A DNA stretch of 64,000 nt from a candidate division WOR-3 bacterium (GCA_965648915.1 CBFGIV010000002.1:85711-149710); one strand, 5' to 3'. Shown: positions 1-9,632, counted from the stretch's first letter. Made by a program: numbers and translations. The notes: a model not told the origin generated them from the letters alone.

Positions 1-255
1 GCGGCTGCCTTGATCTTATACTATATGAACAATGATAGTCAGATTCTTGGTGAGACCAGGATCTATCGGGGAACAACCTACTGTAACTGGCAGAATTCAT
101 CCACGATTCATCTGATTCGTGCGGCGGATACGAGTAACTGGTATAACTACTCGTTTATTATCCGCAACGAACTTAATAATCTCCCCGGAATTAATCCGGC
201 CCAGGTCAAACGGATCAAAGTTGCCCTTTATGCTTATTCAACCCATAATTGCTGA
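1..255 (+). CDS. 3' end of a 5'-truncated ORF, hypothetical; in the same frame as the next ORF and separated from it only by an in-frame TGA
   Basis: Frame 1 is open from the window edge to TGA 253-255; no recognisable motif. Confidence 0.3.
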   Translation, partial: AAALILYYMNNDSQILGETRIYRGTTYCNWQNSSTIHLIRAADTSNWYNYSFIIRNELNNLPGINPAQVKRIKVALYAYSTHNC

Positions 256-327
256 GGGGTCTATCCTGAGGCGAAGGTCTTCGCCGATAACATCTCATTA
301 AACTATACGCCGAACCAGCCCAAGATT

Positions 328-1629
328 GTGTATCTCAGCAATACGGTCGATGACCGAAATGGCAACAACAACAAGCGACTTGATCCCAATGAGCAGGCGA
401 ACCTTATTGTAAGTCTGAAAAATGTTGGAACCAATGCAACTGGAGTAAATGGGCGATTGAAGACAACGAACAGTTACATCGAAATCCGTGATAGCCTGGC
501 CAATTATGGCAATATTAATCAGGGAGACACGACAAACAATTTTGGGGACCCGTTTGTCATCTTTGCCCGGCCCAATACACCGATTGGATCAAAGGTGGAT
601 TTTACACTCTATCTTAACTACAGTGGAAAGTTGTATACCGATACAATAAACTTCAGTATCTTTGTTGGTGACCTGATTACCCTGCCGATACCCGATAATC
701 AAAACCGCTACTGGGCATATGATGATATTGATATCGATCCTCAGCATCCAACCTATAACTGGGTAGAGATCAGAAATTTAGGAACACGACTTGACTTAAG
801 CGATGATCAGACCGTCACAATAGCAATGCCCTTCGGTTTTACTTATTATGGAACCCGCTATACCAACCTCTCAATCTGCTCCAATGGCTGGATCGCAGCC
901 GGATCGACGACCGATAACGACTATACCAACTCAAGGATCCCGGATCCGGATGGCCCATCAGCAATGATAGCAATTAACTGGGACGATCTCTATCCGGATA
1001 CGAATATCTGGTACTATCACGACCGCAATAACCACCGCTTCATCATCGAATACGACAGTATTCGTTATATCAGCACAACGGTTAGGGATAAATTTGAGAT
1101 TATTATCTATGATTCGACGGTTGTGACGCCAACCCGAGACAATGTAATCCTTTTCCAGTTCCGAACTGCCAACGGTTTTGCTGGATCAACCATTGGTATC
1201 GAGAATTCTAATGAGACCGTTGGGATTCAGGATCTTTATGACGGCACCTATCATATCTATGCTGCGCCCATTATACCGGGACGGGCGATTAAATTTACCA
1301 CGGTCTTACCTCTCAGGGTTGAAGAAACGGTTTCAGCATCAAGCCGAATAAGAAATGAACCGCTTCTTTCGATCTCTCCCAATCCGCTGGTTAAGTCGGC
1401 ACAGATCAGGTTTGTTATTGAAAGGTCCGGACCAATCTCGCTTGAGGTTTATAATATTGAAGGTCGATTGATAAAGAGACTGGCTGATGGTTTTTATAGA
1501 CCTAATACCTACAATTTGAGATGGTCGGGTGAGGATATGAATGGGAAGAGGGTTAGCAGTGGTGTCTATTTTATAAAACTGAAGACCGATTCTGGTGAAG
1601 AGACGACCAAGAGTGTGATGATGAGATAA
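328..1629 (+). CDS. Secreted protein with type IX secretion (T9SS) C-terminal sorting domain
   Basis: C-terminal ~80 aa (LSISPNPLVKSAQIRF...GVYFIKLKTD) match the Por/T9SS CTD beta-sandwich pattern; N-rich repeat-like body; frame open upstream to 256. Confidence 0.55.
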   Translation: MYLSNTVDDRNGNNNKRLDPNEQANLIVSLKNVGTNATGVNGRLKTTNSYIEIRDSLANYGNINQGDTTNNFGDPFVIFARPNTPIGSKVDFTLYLNYSGKLYTDTINFSIFVGDLITLPIPDNQNRYWAYDDIDIDPQHPTYNWVEIRNLGTRLDLSDDQTVTIAMPFGFTYYGTRYTNLSICSNGWIAAGSTTDNDYTNSRIPDPDGPSAMIAINWDDLYPDTNIWYYHDRNNHRFIIEYDSIRYISTTVRDKFEIIIYDSTVVTPTRDNVILFQFRTANGFAGSTIGIENSNETVGIQDLYDGTYHIYAAPIIPGRAIKFTTVLPLRVEETVSASSRIRNEPLLSISPNPLVKSAQIRFVIERSGPISLEVYNIEGRLIKRLADGFYRPNTYNLRWSGEDMNGKRVSSGVYFIKLKTDSGEETTKSVMMR

Positions 1630-1649
1630 AGAAGATATATGTCGCCGAT

Positions 1650-1682
1650 CAGGGCCCGCGCAAAGCGCGGGCCCTGTTTGAT
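1650..1682 (+). terminator. Rho-independent terminator
   Basis: GC-rich perfect hairpin GGGCCCGCGC-aaa-GCGCGGGCCC followed by TGTTTG, 20 nt after stop. Confidence 0.7.
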
Positions 1683-1728
1683 TACAACCCCTTATTAACC
1701 ACATAGATTGAACAACCTAACAAAGATA

Positions 1729-1756
1729 TTGACATTTATTTAAAATCAGATAGAAT
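1729..1756 (+). promoter_or_regulatory. Sigma-70-type promoter (TTGACA-N16-TAGAAT); TSS predicted at or next to the ATG, so likely a leaderless mRNA
   Basis: Seen directly: TTGACA 1729-1734, TAGAAT 1751-1756, ATG at 1764. Confidence 0.55.
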
Positions 1757-1763
1757 TGTTTTA

Positions 1764-2372
1764 ATGGGTTTGAGGATAACCCGACTAATTTTTATTATTT
1801 TTACCCTCGTCTATGCACAAAATCTGTATAGGGTGAGCGAAGGTGGGGCAATTCTTTTTACCAACATCCCGAAAAAAGAGAATTTAAATATCTTTAAACC
1901 ACCCAGTCCAGTTCTAGAAAACCTTTCCCGCTATGATTCGATCATCGATGAAGCCTGTGACCAGTATCAGGTTGATGCTGAACTTATTAGGATTATTATC
2001 CTCGCTGAATCAGGTTTTAATCCCAACGCTCGCTCACCCCGGGGCGCGATTGGATTGATGCAGTTGATGCCCGAGACCGCCCGACTGCTTAATATTAAAA
2101 ACCCCTATAACCCAAGGCAGAATATTTTCGGTGGAGTTAAATTTTTTCGCTATCTCCTCAATCTTTTTAATGGTGAACTGGAACTGGCTCTGGCTGCCTA
2201 TCATGCCGGGCCAAAGATCGTTATGGCTAAAAAAGCGGTGCCGGCAATACCTGAAACCAGACAGTATGTAGATTTCATTACGGGTCGTTATGCACCACAG
2301 GATCGACGCAATCGTATCTATTCTTATGTTACACCCGATGGAGGAATCTTCCTGACCAATATTCCGAGATAG
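1764..2372 (+). CDS. Lytic transglycosylase (SLT domain) with signal peptide
   Basis: ESGFNPNARSPRGAIGLMQLMPETA is the canonical SLT catalytic motif; hydrophobic N-terminus. Confidence 0.85.
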   Translation: MGLRITRLIFIIFTLVYAQNLYRVSEGGAILFTNIPKKENLNIFKPPSPVLENLSRYDSIIDEACDQYQVDAELIRIIILAESGFNPNARSPRGAIGLMQLMPETARLLNIKNPYNPRQNIFGGVKFFRYLLNLFNGELELALAAYHAGPKIVMAKKAVPAIPETRQYVDFITGRYAPQDRRNRIYSYVTPDGGIFLTNIPR

Positions 2373-2387
2373 CCCCCTTATTCAAGG

Positions 2388-2415
2388 TTGACAATCAGAG
2401 GTTTTCGAATATACT
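2388..2415 (+). promoter_or_regulatory. Sigma-70-type promoter (TTGACA-N16-TATACT), ~118-nt leader
   Basis: TTGACA 2388-2393, TATACT 2410-2415. Confidence 0.55.
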
Positions 2416-2533
2416 TAATCAAGTATCAAATAGAAGATCTTTTACTTTTTAAAACAGGCATTTATTAACTTCTATCATCCGGCACAACTGAACTGATGTT
2501 GTACGGATAACAGATCTTAGAAAGGGATAAAAA

Positions 2534-3658
2534 ATGGCTCATGCATATACTCCAGGTCTGAAAGTATTAGAAAAAACAACCGTTATTAAAGACCGGCGTC
2601 TTCCTCTACCAGGCAATATCCTGGTTGAAAAAGGCAGTAAGGTTAAGGCAACAGCAGTTGTTGCACGGACCCATCTGCCCGGTAATGTCCAGACCGTAAA
2701 TGTTGCTGGCCTTCTTGGGATTTTACCTGAAGAGGTTGAAGGAGCAATGTTGAAGAAGGTCGGCGATAAGATAAAGAAGAATGACATCCTTGCTCAGAGC
2801 AAGGGTTTCTTTGGTCTTATGAAATCGAAGGTGACGGCGCCAGTCGATAGTGAGGTTGAAAGTATTTCCAAAATCACCGGCCAGGTGATTCTTAGAGAGC
2901 CACCGATTTTAGTCGAGGTGATTGCCTATATCGATGGTGAGGTTACCGATGTTTTTCAGAATGAAGGGGTCAGGATCGAGACGATCGCAAGTTTTATTCA
3001 GGGGATATTCGGGATCGGGGGAGAGATGATTGGGGAATTGCGATCGGTTGCTGATGGCCCAGATGACCCGTTGACCGCAGATGAGATTGATGAAAGTTGC
3101 CACGATAAGATCCTGGTAGGAGGTTCAATCGTTGATGCTCAGGCCTTAGAGAAGGCAGTGAAGGTCGGTGCTAAAGGTATAGTGGTTGGGGGCATCGAAG
3201 ACAAGGATTTGAAAAAATTCCTGGGATATGATATCGGGGTGGCGATAACCGGTTCAGAAAAACGAGGACTTACCCTCATCGCTACCGAAGGTTTTGGTCG
3301 CCTGCGTATGGCAGATCGGACATTCCGCTTGCTCAATTCTCTGGTCGGAAGAAAGGCGTCGATTAACGGAGCAACCCAGATTCGGGCCGGGGTGATTCGG
3401 CCAGAAGTTATTGTCCCTTTTGAAGAAAGTCCGGGTGAGGTTAAAAAATCGACCCTGCAGGAGAGTGGCCTGGTGATTGGCACACCGATCCGGGTGATAC
3501 GCGAGCCCTATTTTGGTAAACTTGGTAAAGTGACCGCCCTCCCCGCTGAGTTACAGGTGATTGAAACTGAGGCAAAGGTTCGGGTGCTCGAAGTCGAACT
3601 CGAAGATAAACGAAGGGTTGTTTTACCCCGTGCCAATGTTGAAATAATTGAGAGTTAG
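2534..3658 (+). CDS. Conserved hypothetical protein (374 aa), Gly/Val-rich soluble protein, function unknown
   Basis: Long clean ORF with its own promoter and AAAGGG-N8-ATG; no motif I can assign with confidence. Confidence 0.45.
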   Translation: MAHAYTPGLKVLEKTTVIKDRRLPLPGNILVEKGSKVKATAVVARTHLPGNVQTVNVAGLLGILPEEVEGAMLKKVGDKIKKNDILAQSKGFFGLMKSKVTAPVDSEVESISKITGQVILREPPILVEVIAYIDGEVTDVFQNEGVRIETIASFIQGIFGIGGEMIGELRSVADGPDDPLTADEIDESCHDKILVGGSIVDAQALEKAVKVGAKGIVVGGIEDKDLKKFLGYDIGVAITGSEKRGLTLIATEGFGRLRMADRTFRLLNSLVGRKASINGATQIRAGVIRPEVIVPFEESPGEVKKSTLQESGLVIGTPIRVIREPYFGKLGKVTALPAELQVIETEAKVRVLEVELEDKRRVVLPRANVEIIES

Positions 3659-3659
3659 T

Positions 3660-4526
3660 ATGTATCTCTGGTTAGCGGTTATTTTCTTCACTAATGAAGG
3701 TGTAGCATCATCTTTGATCTGTCCAACCGCACGCGAAGCAGGGATGGGCAATACCGGTTTTTCGCTAACCTATGGTCCCGAGGCGGTTTATCTCAATCCG
3801 GCCCATCTCCAGTTGAACAAAAGTCAGGAACTACTCTTTTCGATCTCCTATGGTCGTCTATTTTTGGATATTCAACACTCTTCACTCTTTCTGTCAAAAA
3901 GATTTTCCTCATTCAATCTCGGGCTCGGCGTGTCAAATTTTGATTACGGTGATCTGATTTTTAAACCTGAATATCCTACCGAGGAAGATGCAGTCTTCAA
4001 TGCCAATGATCTGTCAATCCTTGGCGGAGCAGGATTTAATCTATCGAACAAAGGATATGGGGGTATCGGTATTAAATTTATCAAAGAATACATTCAGATA
4101 TATTCGGCACAGGTTCTGGCAGGAAACCTTGCCCTCAGTTATCTGCCCAATCAGAATTTACGATTTTCCTTGGGAACATTTGATATCAGCCGAAATATGA
4201 AGTTAAAAAATAGTGAATTCGAAGGCGAACCATACGGATTGCCGGTGAGATTCAGTTTTGGATGCAGTAATCAATGGAGAAGATTGCTTAGCGGACTCGA
4301 CCTCCATTACCTGATTCGTTCTAAGGATTGGATGTTAAACTTTGGAGAGGAGATCGGGCTGGTGTCAGAATTTAAACTGCGCTGGGGTTGTAGATATTTT
4401 GATGGTCTGACCCTGAGTGGTGGATTGGGTATCTCATTGGCCTGGCTGACACTGGATTATGGGGTTAGTTACCTACCCAAAGGACTCGGCCTCAACCATT
4501 ATTTTACCCTCAAAAGAAATCTTTAG
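3660..4526 (+). CDS. Putative outer-membrane beta-barrel protein (PorV/PorQ/FadL-like N-terminus)
   Basis: Signal peptide, then AREAGMGNTGFSLTYGPEAVYLNPAHL resembling the N-terminal strand of PorV/FadL-type barrels; alternating hydrophobic pattern; C-terminal aromatic residue; ATG 3660 chosen over TTG 3648. Confidence 0.4.
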   Translation: MYLWLAVIFFTNEGVASSLICPTAREAGMGNTGFSLTYGPEAVYLNPAHLQLNKSQELLFSISYGRLFLDIQHSSLFLSKRFSSFNLGLGVSNFDYGDLIFKPEYPTEEDAVFNANDLSILGGAGFNLSNKGYGGIGIKFIKEYIQIYSAQVLAGNLALSYLPNQNLRFSLGTFDISRNMKLKNSEFEGEPYGLPVRFSFGCSNQWRRLLSGLDLHYLIRSKDWMLNFGEEIGLVSEFKLRWGCRYFDGLTLSGGLGISLAWLTLDYGVSYLPKGLGLNHYFTLKRNL

Positions 4527-5477
4527 ATGAATAATATTCTGCTTGATTTTGAAAAACCGATTTTTGAACTGGAAAAGAAGATCCAGGAATTAAAGGCAAT
4601 CAACTCACCGGAAATCGCCGAGGAGATCGATCGTCTCGAACGGCAGGCGGAAAGACTCAGAAAGAAAATCTATTCAAACCTTACCGCCTGGCAGAGGGTT
4701 CAGCTGGCACGCCATCCCCGTCGTCCTTATTCTCTGGATATTATCAATCTAATTGTCAGAGATTTTATCCAGTTACATGGAGATCGACTGTTCGGTGATG
4801 ACGCGGCGATCGTATGCGGTATCGGACAGATCGATGAGTATCCAGTCGTTATTGTTGCTGAACAGAAAGGTCGGGACATAAAGGAGAAAATCCAGCGCAA
4901 CTTTGGTAGTCCCCATCCTGAAGGTTATCGGAAGGCGTTGAGGATTTTTTATTTTGCGGAAAAATTTTCCTTGCCAATTGTCTGTATTGTTGATACCCCT
5001 GGTGCCTATCCCGGGGTCGGCGCTGAAGAACGGGGGATTGCGGAATCGATTGCCCGGAATCTTAGAGAAATGGCATTGTTAGAAACGCCCATTGTTGTCC
5101 TGATACTGGGCGAAGGTTGCAGTGGTGGGGCCATTGCGATTGCCCTTGGTGACCGAATATTGATGATGGAAAATGCCTACTATTCAGTAATTTCTCCGGA
5201 AGGCTGCGCCTCGATCCTCTGGCGTGACAGCGCCCGGGCCAAGGATGCGGCTGAGGCAATGAAGATTACGGCGCAGGATCTTGATAAATTTAAGATTATT
5301 GACCGGATCATACCTGAACCTCTGGGTGGAGCCCACCGTGATTGGTCAGTAACCGCGCAGAATATCAAACAGGCAATAATTGAGACGCTCGATGAACTTC
5401 TAAAGATCCCCATCGCGAAACTTGTTCAACAGCGTGTGGAAAAGTATCGAAGAATGGGTGTACAGCGGGAGAGTTAG
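4527..5477 (+). CDS. accA: Acetyl-CoA carboxylase carboxyltransferase alpha subunit
   Basis: ARHPRRPYSLDI, GFSLPIVCIVDTPGAYPGVGAEERG and coiled-coil N-terminus typical of AccA. Confidence 0.9.
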   Translation: MNNILLDFEKPIFELEKKIQELKAINSPEIAEEIDRLERQAERLRKKIYSNLTAWQRVQLARHPRRPYSLDIINLIVRDFIQLHGDRLFGDDAAIVCGIGQIDEYPVVIVAEQKGRDIKEKIQRNFGSPHPEGYRKALRIFYFAEKFSLPIVCIVDTPGAYPGVGAEERGIAESIARNLREMALLETPIVVLILGEGCSGGAIAIALGDRILMMENAYYSVISPEGCASILWRDSARAKDAAEAMKITAQDLDKFKIIDRIIPEPLGGAHRDWSVTAQNIKQAIIETLDELLKIPIAKLVQQRVEKYRRMGVQRES

Positions 5478-6092
5478 TTGGCTTTAGAAGGCAATCTTGA
5501 AGATTTTGAAGTAACTGATATCTTTCAACTCATCCAGCTCGGACAGAAAGCGGGCTGTCTCAGAATCCAGACCTTAAATGCAGTGGGGGTTATCTATTTT
5601 AAGGCCGGTATGGTCACCCATGCCCGGGCCGGGCATCTTGTAGGCGAAATGGCAATTCAGGAAATTTTGCGATGGTCAAAGGGTAAGTTTGTCTTTGTTC
5701 CCAATGAGGAGACGACCGAGAACACTGTCGGAAAACCGATTCAATTTATTATTCTTGAAGCAGCCCGGCGCATTGATGAATGGCAACGCATCGAGAAGGT
5801 AATCCCCTCCCTTGATTTAAAAGTCAAAATTGTCGAGGTGCCGGATGCAAGTATTGAAAACATCAATCTCCGTCCCGAAGAATGGAAAATTCTTTCTTTT
5901 GTTGATAGTCAAACGACGATAAAAGGCATCGCCCAGAAAGCAAACTTAAGCGATTTCGATACCGCAAAGATCTTATTCGGATTGGTGAGTTCCGGCCTGG
6001 TTCGTATCATTAAGGAGGAGAAACACGAGGCCAGCGAGAAGAAGGACGAGAGTGTCCTGAAAGGCATAATTAAGAAGATTAAGGGAGATTAA
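5478..6092 (+). CDS. DUF4388 domain protein
   Basis: N-terminus LEGNLEDFEVTDIFQLIQLGQKAGCL matches the DUF4388 signature; TTG start immediately after the accA stop. Confidence 0.55.
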   Translation: MALEGNLEDFEVTDIFQLIQLGQKAGCLRIQTLNAVGVIYFKAGMVTHARAGHLVGEMAIQEILRWSKGKFVFVPNEETTENTVGKPIQFIILEAARRIDEWQRIEKVIPSLDLKVKIVEVPDASIENINLRPEEWKILSFVDSQTTIKGIAQKANLSDFDTAKILFGLVSSGLVRIIKEEKHEASEKKDESVLKGIIKKIKGD

Positions 6093-6103
6093 AGGAGGTA
6101 AAG

Positions 6104-6424
6104 ATGGGTTTAAATATTACCGCACGCAAGTTCAGTTTAACTGAATCATTACAATCGGCGGCGTATGAAGCTTATAATCGACTATCCCGCTACTCCCATT
6201 TAATCATCGATACCCATTTAATCTTAGAAAGAGATAAACCCCTCAATTTTGTTGAGTTGACGGTTTCCGTAAAGAAAGGATTTTTACGGGCCGATACCAG
6301 AACCAATGACATCTACCAGGGGATCCATGAGGTTTTCAATAAAGTTGAGAAACAGTTAAAAAAGCACTACGAGAAGCTCAGGGAACGGAAGCGCCTCTCC
6401 CATAAGACCAAGAGGCAGATATGA
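6104..6424 (+). CDS. hpf: Ribosome hibernation promoting factor (HPF/RaiA, sigma-54 modulation protein family)
   Basis: MGLNITARKFSLTESLQSAAYEAYNRLSRY matches the HPF short form; AGGAGG SD upstream. Confidence 0.85.
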   Translation: MGLNITARKFSLTESLQSAAYEAYNRLSRYSHLIIDTHLILERDKPLNFVELTVSVKKGFLRADTRTNDIYQGIHEVFNKVEKQLKKHYEKLRERKRLSHKTKRQI

Positions 6425-7398
6425 GTCTCCTCGTAAAAACTTTTTATCAGGAAGAAAAAGAGGATCTGCGCTTAGAACTAATTGCTGGCCATAAGGGGCT
6501 GGGAACCCGTTATATTACAGTAGTTGATGTCTATCGGCCGATGCTTGCCCTTGCGGGTTTTACTGAGTATTTCTTAAAAGAGCGTATCCTGATTATCGGT
6601 AAGACCGAGACCGCGTACCTCGCAACCCTGAAACCTGCCCAGCAAAAAAAGGCGATCAAAACCGTGACGTCATTCACCCCACCGTGTATGATCGTGGCGG
6701 AAGGACTGGATATCCCCAGGGATTTAATTGTTGAGGCGAGTCGTCTGTCAGTTCCTCTTTTTCGGACTTCAATCTCAACCACACCTTTCATTCACCAGCT
6801 GACAAACTATTTAAGTTTCAAACTTGCTCCGAGATGTAATATCCATGGCACACTGGTTGATATCTTCGGTATCGGTGTATTGTTTATCGGTAAGGCGGGC
6901 ATCGGTAAGAGTGAACTGGCACTCGATCTGGTCGAAAGGGGACATCGCCTTGTTGCTGATGATCTGGTACTTGTAACCAAAAGGGACAATCTCTTGATCG
7001 GAACCGGTTGCGAGAAGAGCAACAAGTTGAAACATCACATTGAAATTCGCGGGGTGGGAATCGTTGATGTCTTCAGAATTTTTGGTGCCAAGGCGGTACG
7101 TAATCAGAAGAGAATCGAGGTTGTTGTTGAACTGGTTCTCTGGGATGAAACCAAGGATATCTATGAACGGGTCGGTATCGTTGACAACTATAAGGAGATT
7201 CTGGGGATTTCGATACCGCATATTCAGATCCCGCTTGTTCCGGGCAAGAACGTCTCGACGATCATTGAGGTGATAGCGATTAATCAGTTACTCAAACTGC
7301 GGGGGATCAATCCGGCCAAGGAGTATGATGAAGAATTGAAGCGAGTGATGAAACGGAAAGTAGTCGAGGAAGTACGGCTGGATGAGGATCTTGAATGA
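6421..7398 (+). CDS. hprK: HPr kinase/phosphorylase
   Basis: Walker A GKAGIGKSELALDLVERGHRLVADD and HprK signature; ATGA overlap with hpf. Confidence 0.9.
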   Translation: MSLLVKTFYQEEKEDLRLELIAGHKGLGTRYITVVDVYRPMLALAGFTEYFLKERILIIGKTETAYLATLKPAQQKKAIKTVTSFTPPCMIVAEGLDIPRDLIVEASRLSVPLFRTSISTTPFIHQLTNYLSFKLAPRCNIHGTLVDIFGIGVLFIGKAGIGKSELALDLVERGHRLVADDLVLVTKRDNLLIGTGCEKSNKLKHHIEIRGVGIVDVFRIFGAKAVRNQKRIEVVVELVLWDETKDIYERVGIVDNYKEILGISIPHIQIPLVPGKNVSTIIEVIAINQLLKLRGINPAKEYDEELKRVMKRKVVEEVRLDEDLE

Positions 7399-7518
7399 AA
7401 ACTAAATCGTGTTGCTACCGACTTCGTTCTTGATCAACGATCTCGTTATGATTTCTATCATCAGATGTTTTGAAAAGATGGGATAGCATTTGAGGACGAA
7501 GGGTAACAGAAAAAAGAT

Positions 7519-7926
7519 ATGACTAAGGCAATAATCGTTGGTCACTATAACTTACCGAGGGCATTATCCGAGACCTTAGAATCGATTGTGGGCAAATTAG
7601 ATGATGTTTTGTTCATCTCCAACACTGGCCTCTCCAGTGAGAAACTGACCCAGGAGGTCAAACGGGCGATTGATATCCTATCGCCCGAAGAGACGATTAT
7701 CTTTGTTGATGTCCCTGGTGGTAGTTGTGCGATCTCCTGTTTAAATATATTGAAAACATTCAAAGGGATACCAGTTATCTGTGGGGTTAATCTTCTGATG
7801 CTCTTAGAATTCTTCATTAACCGTGAACGATATCCCCGGGATAGATTAGTTGAGATCTTGGTTGCTAAGGGTAGAGAAAGTATCAAAAGGCTGGGCGGAA
7901 ATGACCTCCAGGCCAAAAGAGGGTAA
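7519..7926 (+). CDS. PTS EIIA component, mannose/fructose (EIIA-Man) family
   Basis: IIVGHYNL with His near position 9; FVDVPGGSC and VICGVNLLML parallel the EIIA-Man motifs. Confidence 0.7.
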   Translation: MTKAIIVGHYNLPRALSETLESIVGKLDDVLFISNTGLSSEKLTQEVKRAIDILSPEETIIFVDVPGGSCAISCLNILKTFKGIPVICGVNLLMLLEFFINRERYPRDRLVEILVAKGRESIKRLGGNDLQAKRG

Positions 7927-9589
7927 GCCACTGGTTACAATTGGGGCGATGCTGGACCGTAGTGCCGAATATCGGCCTGACCGGATAGCCCTGAGAGCCA
8001 GGCGTGGCGATCGCTATTATGAAATGACTTACCAGGCGTTGAAAGAGAATGCACATCTTCTTGCCCTTGAGTTACGCGGACTCGGTCTCAAGAAGGGGGA
8101 TCGCGTCGGACTCATCGGTGAAAACCGCCCTGAATGGGCGGTTGCCTATTTTGCAATTCAGAAGGCTAATCTGGTCGGGGTACCGCTCGACCCGCAACTG
8201 AAAGAGAATGAAATAAGACACATCCTTAACGAAAGCGGAGCCCGGGCAGTCATTGCCGCGGGCAGTTTTGTCCATATGCTGAGTGAGATTAAAGAAGGTC
8301 TTCCTAATTTAAGGCATATCATCTCGATGGAAAATCTTGAAGCCGTTCTTAGAACCAAAGTCCCGAAGTCCTTTGAGATTAAAGAGGAATCATCCATTGA
8401 TGATCTTGCCCTTTTGATTTATACTTCAGGTACCACCGGTTCATCGAAAGGAGTAATGCTCAGCCATCGAAATATTATCAGTAATGTCGATTCGATCTAC
8501 CGATTCATCGAAGTGAATGAGTATGATAATTTTCTTTCGGTCTTGCCCCTCCATCATACATTTGAGGCAACCTGCGGCTTTCTTGTTCCCATTTATAATA
8601 ATGCGACGATCACCTATGCACCGAGTTTGAAATCGAAAGAGATTATTGAGACCATGCGGGAGACTTCGGTTACCTGTCTGTTAGGGGTCCCGCTCCTTTT
8701 TGAAAAATTTTATGATGGTATTCAGCGTAATATTAAGAAATCGCCCGTCCATAAGAGGCTATTTTTTAAGATTATGTATAGGGTCTCAAGCCGGATTCAA
8801 CCTCTGGCCGGGCTTATCTTTAAGGGACTCAAGGAAAGATTAGGCATGGGTAAGATTCGTTACATAATATCGGGCGGAGCACCCCTCCCGGTGAAAATAT
8901 CTTCGTTCTTCAATGGTCTTGGCATTCCGCTACTCCAGGGGTATGGCCTGACCGAGGCATCACCGGTCCTGACAGTTAATCCCCCGGATCGACCCCGGAA
9001 TGCTTCGGTCGGTATTGCCATCCCGGATGTCAGGATTGCTATCGATCAGCCCAACGAGGATGGTATTGGTGAAGTGATTGCCACCGGGCCCAATATTATG
9101 CTGGGTTATTACCGGAATCAACAGGCAACTAATGAAGTACTGAGAGAGGGCTGGCTCTATACTGGTGATTTAGGTTACCTTGATAAAGATGGTTATCTTT
9201 ACATCGTCGGTCGTAAGAAGAGCGTTATCGTGACCGCCGGCGGTAAGAATGTCTACCCGGAAGAGATCGAAGAGATTCTGTTGAGGAGCCCTTATATAAA
9301 AGAGACAATTGTTCTACCCCGGTTAAATCCGAAAACAAACCAGGAAGAGGTCTACGCTATAATCCATCCTGACTATGAAAGGATCGACGAACTGGCAACC
9401 AACGCGAAAAGAAATTTTACCGAAGCGGATATAGAACAATTGATTCGCTGTGAAATTAATAAACAGTGTGATTCAATTGCTGAATATAAGAGGGTTAGAT
9501 CTTTTAAAATCCGGGAAGAAGAATTTCCCAAGACAACGACCAAGAAGATCAAACGTCATCTATTTGAAAAAGAGATTGTCCAGGTTTAG
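7901..9589 (+). CDS. Long-chain fatty-acid--CoA ligase (AMP-dependent synthetase/ligase)
   Basis: AMP-binding motif YTSGTTGSSKGV; GYGLTE; C-terminal lid; ATG 7901 preferred over TTG 7850 to limit overlap with the upstream gene. Confidence 0.85.
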   Translation: MTSRPKEGKPLVTIGAMLDRSAEYRPDRIALRARRGDRYYEMTYQALKENAHLLALELRGLGLKKGDRVGLIGENRPEWAVAYFAIQKANLVGVPLDPQLKENEIRHILNESGARAVIAAGSFVHMLSEIKEGLPNLRHIISMENLEAVLRTKVPKSFEIKEESSIDDLALLIYTSGTTGSSKGVMLSHRNIISNVDSIYRFIEVNEYDNFLSVLPLHHTFEATCGFLVPIYNNATITYAPSLKSKEIIETMRETSVTCLLGVPLLFEKFYDGIQRNIKKSPVHKRLFFKIMYRVSSRIQPLAGLIFKGLKERLGMGKIRYIISGGAPLPVKISSFFNGLGIPLLQGYGLTEASPVLTVNPPDRPRNASVGIAIPDVRIAIDQPNEDGIGEVIATGPNIMLGYYRNQQATNEVLREGWLYTGDLGYLDKDGYLYIVGRKKSVIVTAGGKNVYPEEIEEILLRSPYIKETIVLPRLNPKTNQEEVYAIIHPDYERIDELATNAKRNFTEADIEQLIRCEINKQCDSIAEYKRVRSFKIREEEFPKTTTKKIKRHLFEKEIVQV

Positions 9590-9599
9590 CGATACATCC

Positions 9600-9627
9600 T
9601 TGACATTTTTATCCCATTAGATATAAT
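9600..9627 (+). promoter_or_regulatory. Near-consensus sigma-70 promoter (TTGACA-N16-TATAAT); TSS coincides with the ATG at 9633 (leaderless)
   Basis: TTGACA 9600-9605, TATAAT 9622-9627. Confidence 0.6.
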
Positions 9628-9632
9628 TGATT

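Noticed and set aside
253-255. TGA used as a sense codon (alternative genetic code)
   Set aside because: TGA terminates well-defined genes here (rpsA 24019-24021, hprK 7396-7398) with downstream genes starting right after.
7850-7900. TTG-initiated N-terminal extension of the fatty-acid-CoA ligase overlapping the EIIA gene by 77 nt
   Set aside because: In-frame ATG 7901 gives a normal AMP-ligase N-terminus with minimal overlap.
7545-7931. 128-aa minus-strand ORF antisense to the EIIA gene
   Set aside because: Fully overlaps a + strand gene with clear family motifs; no signals of its own.
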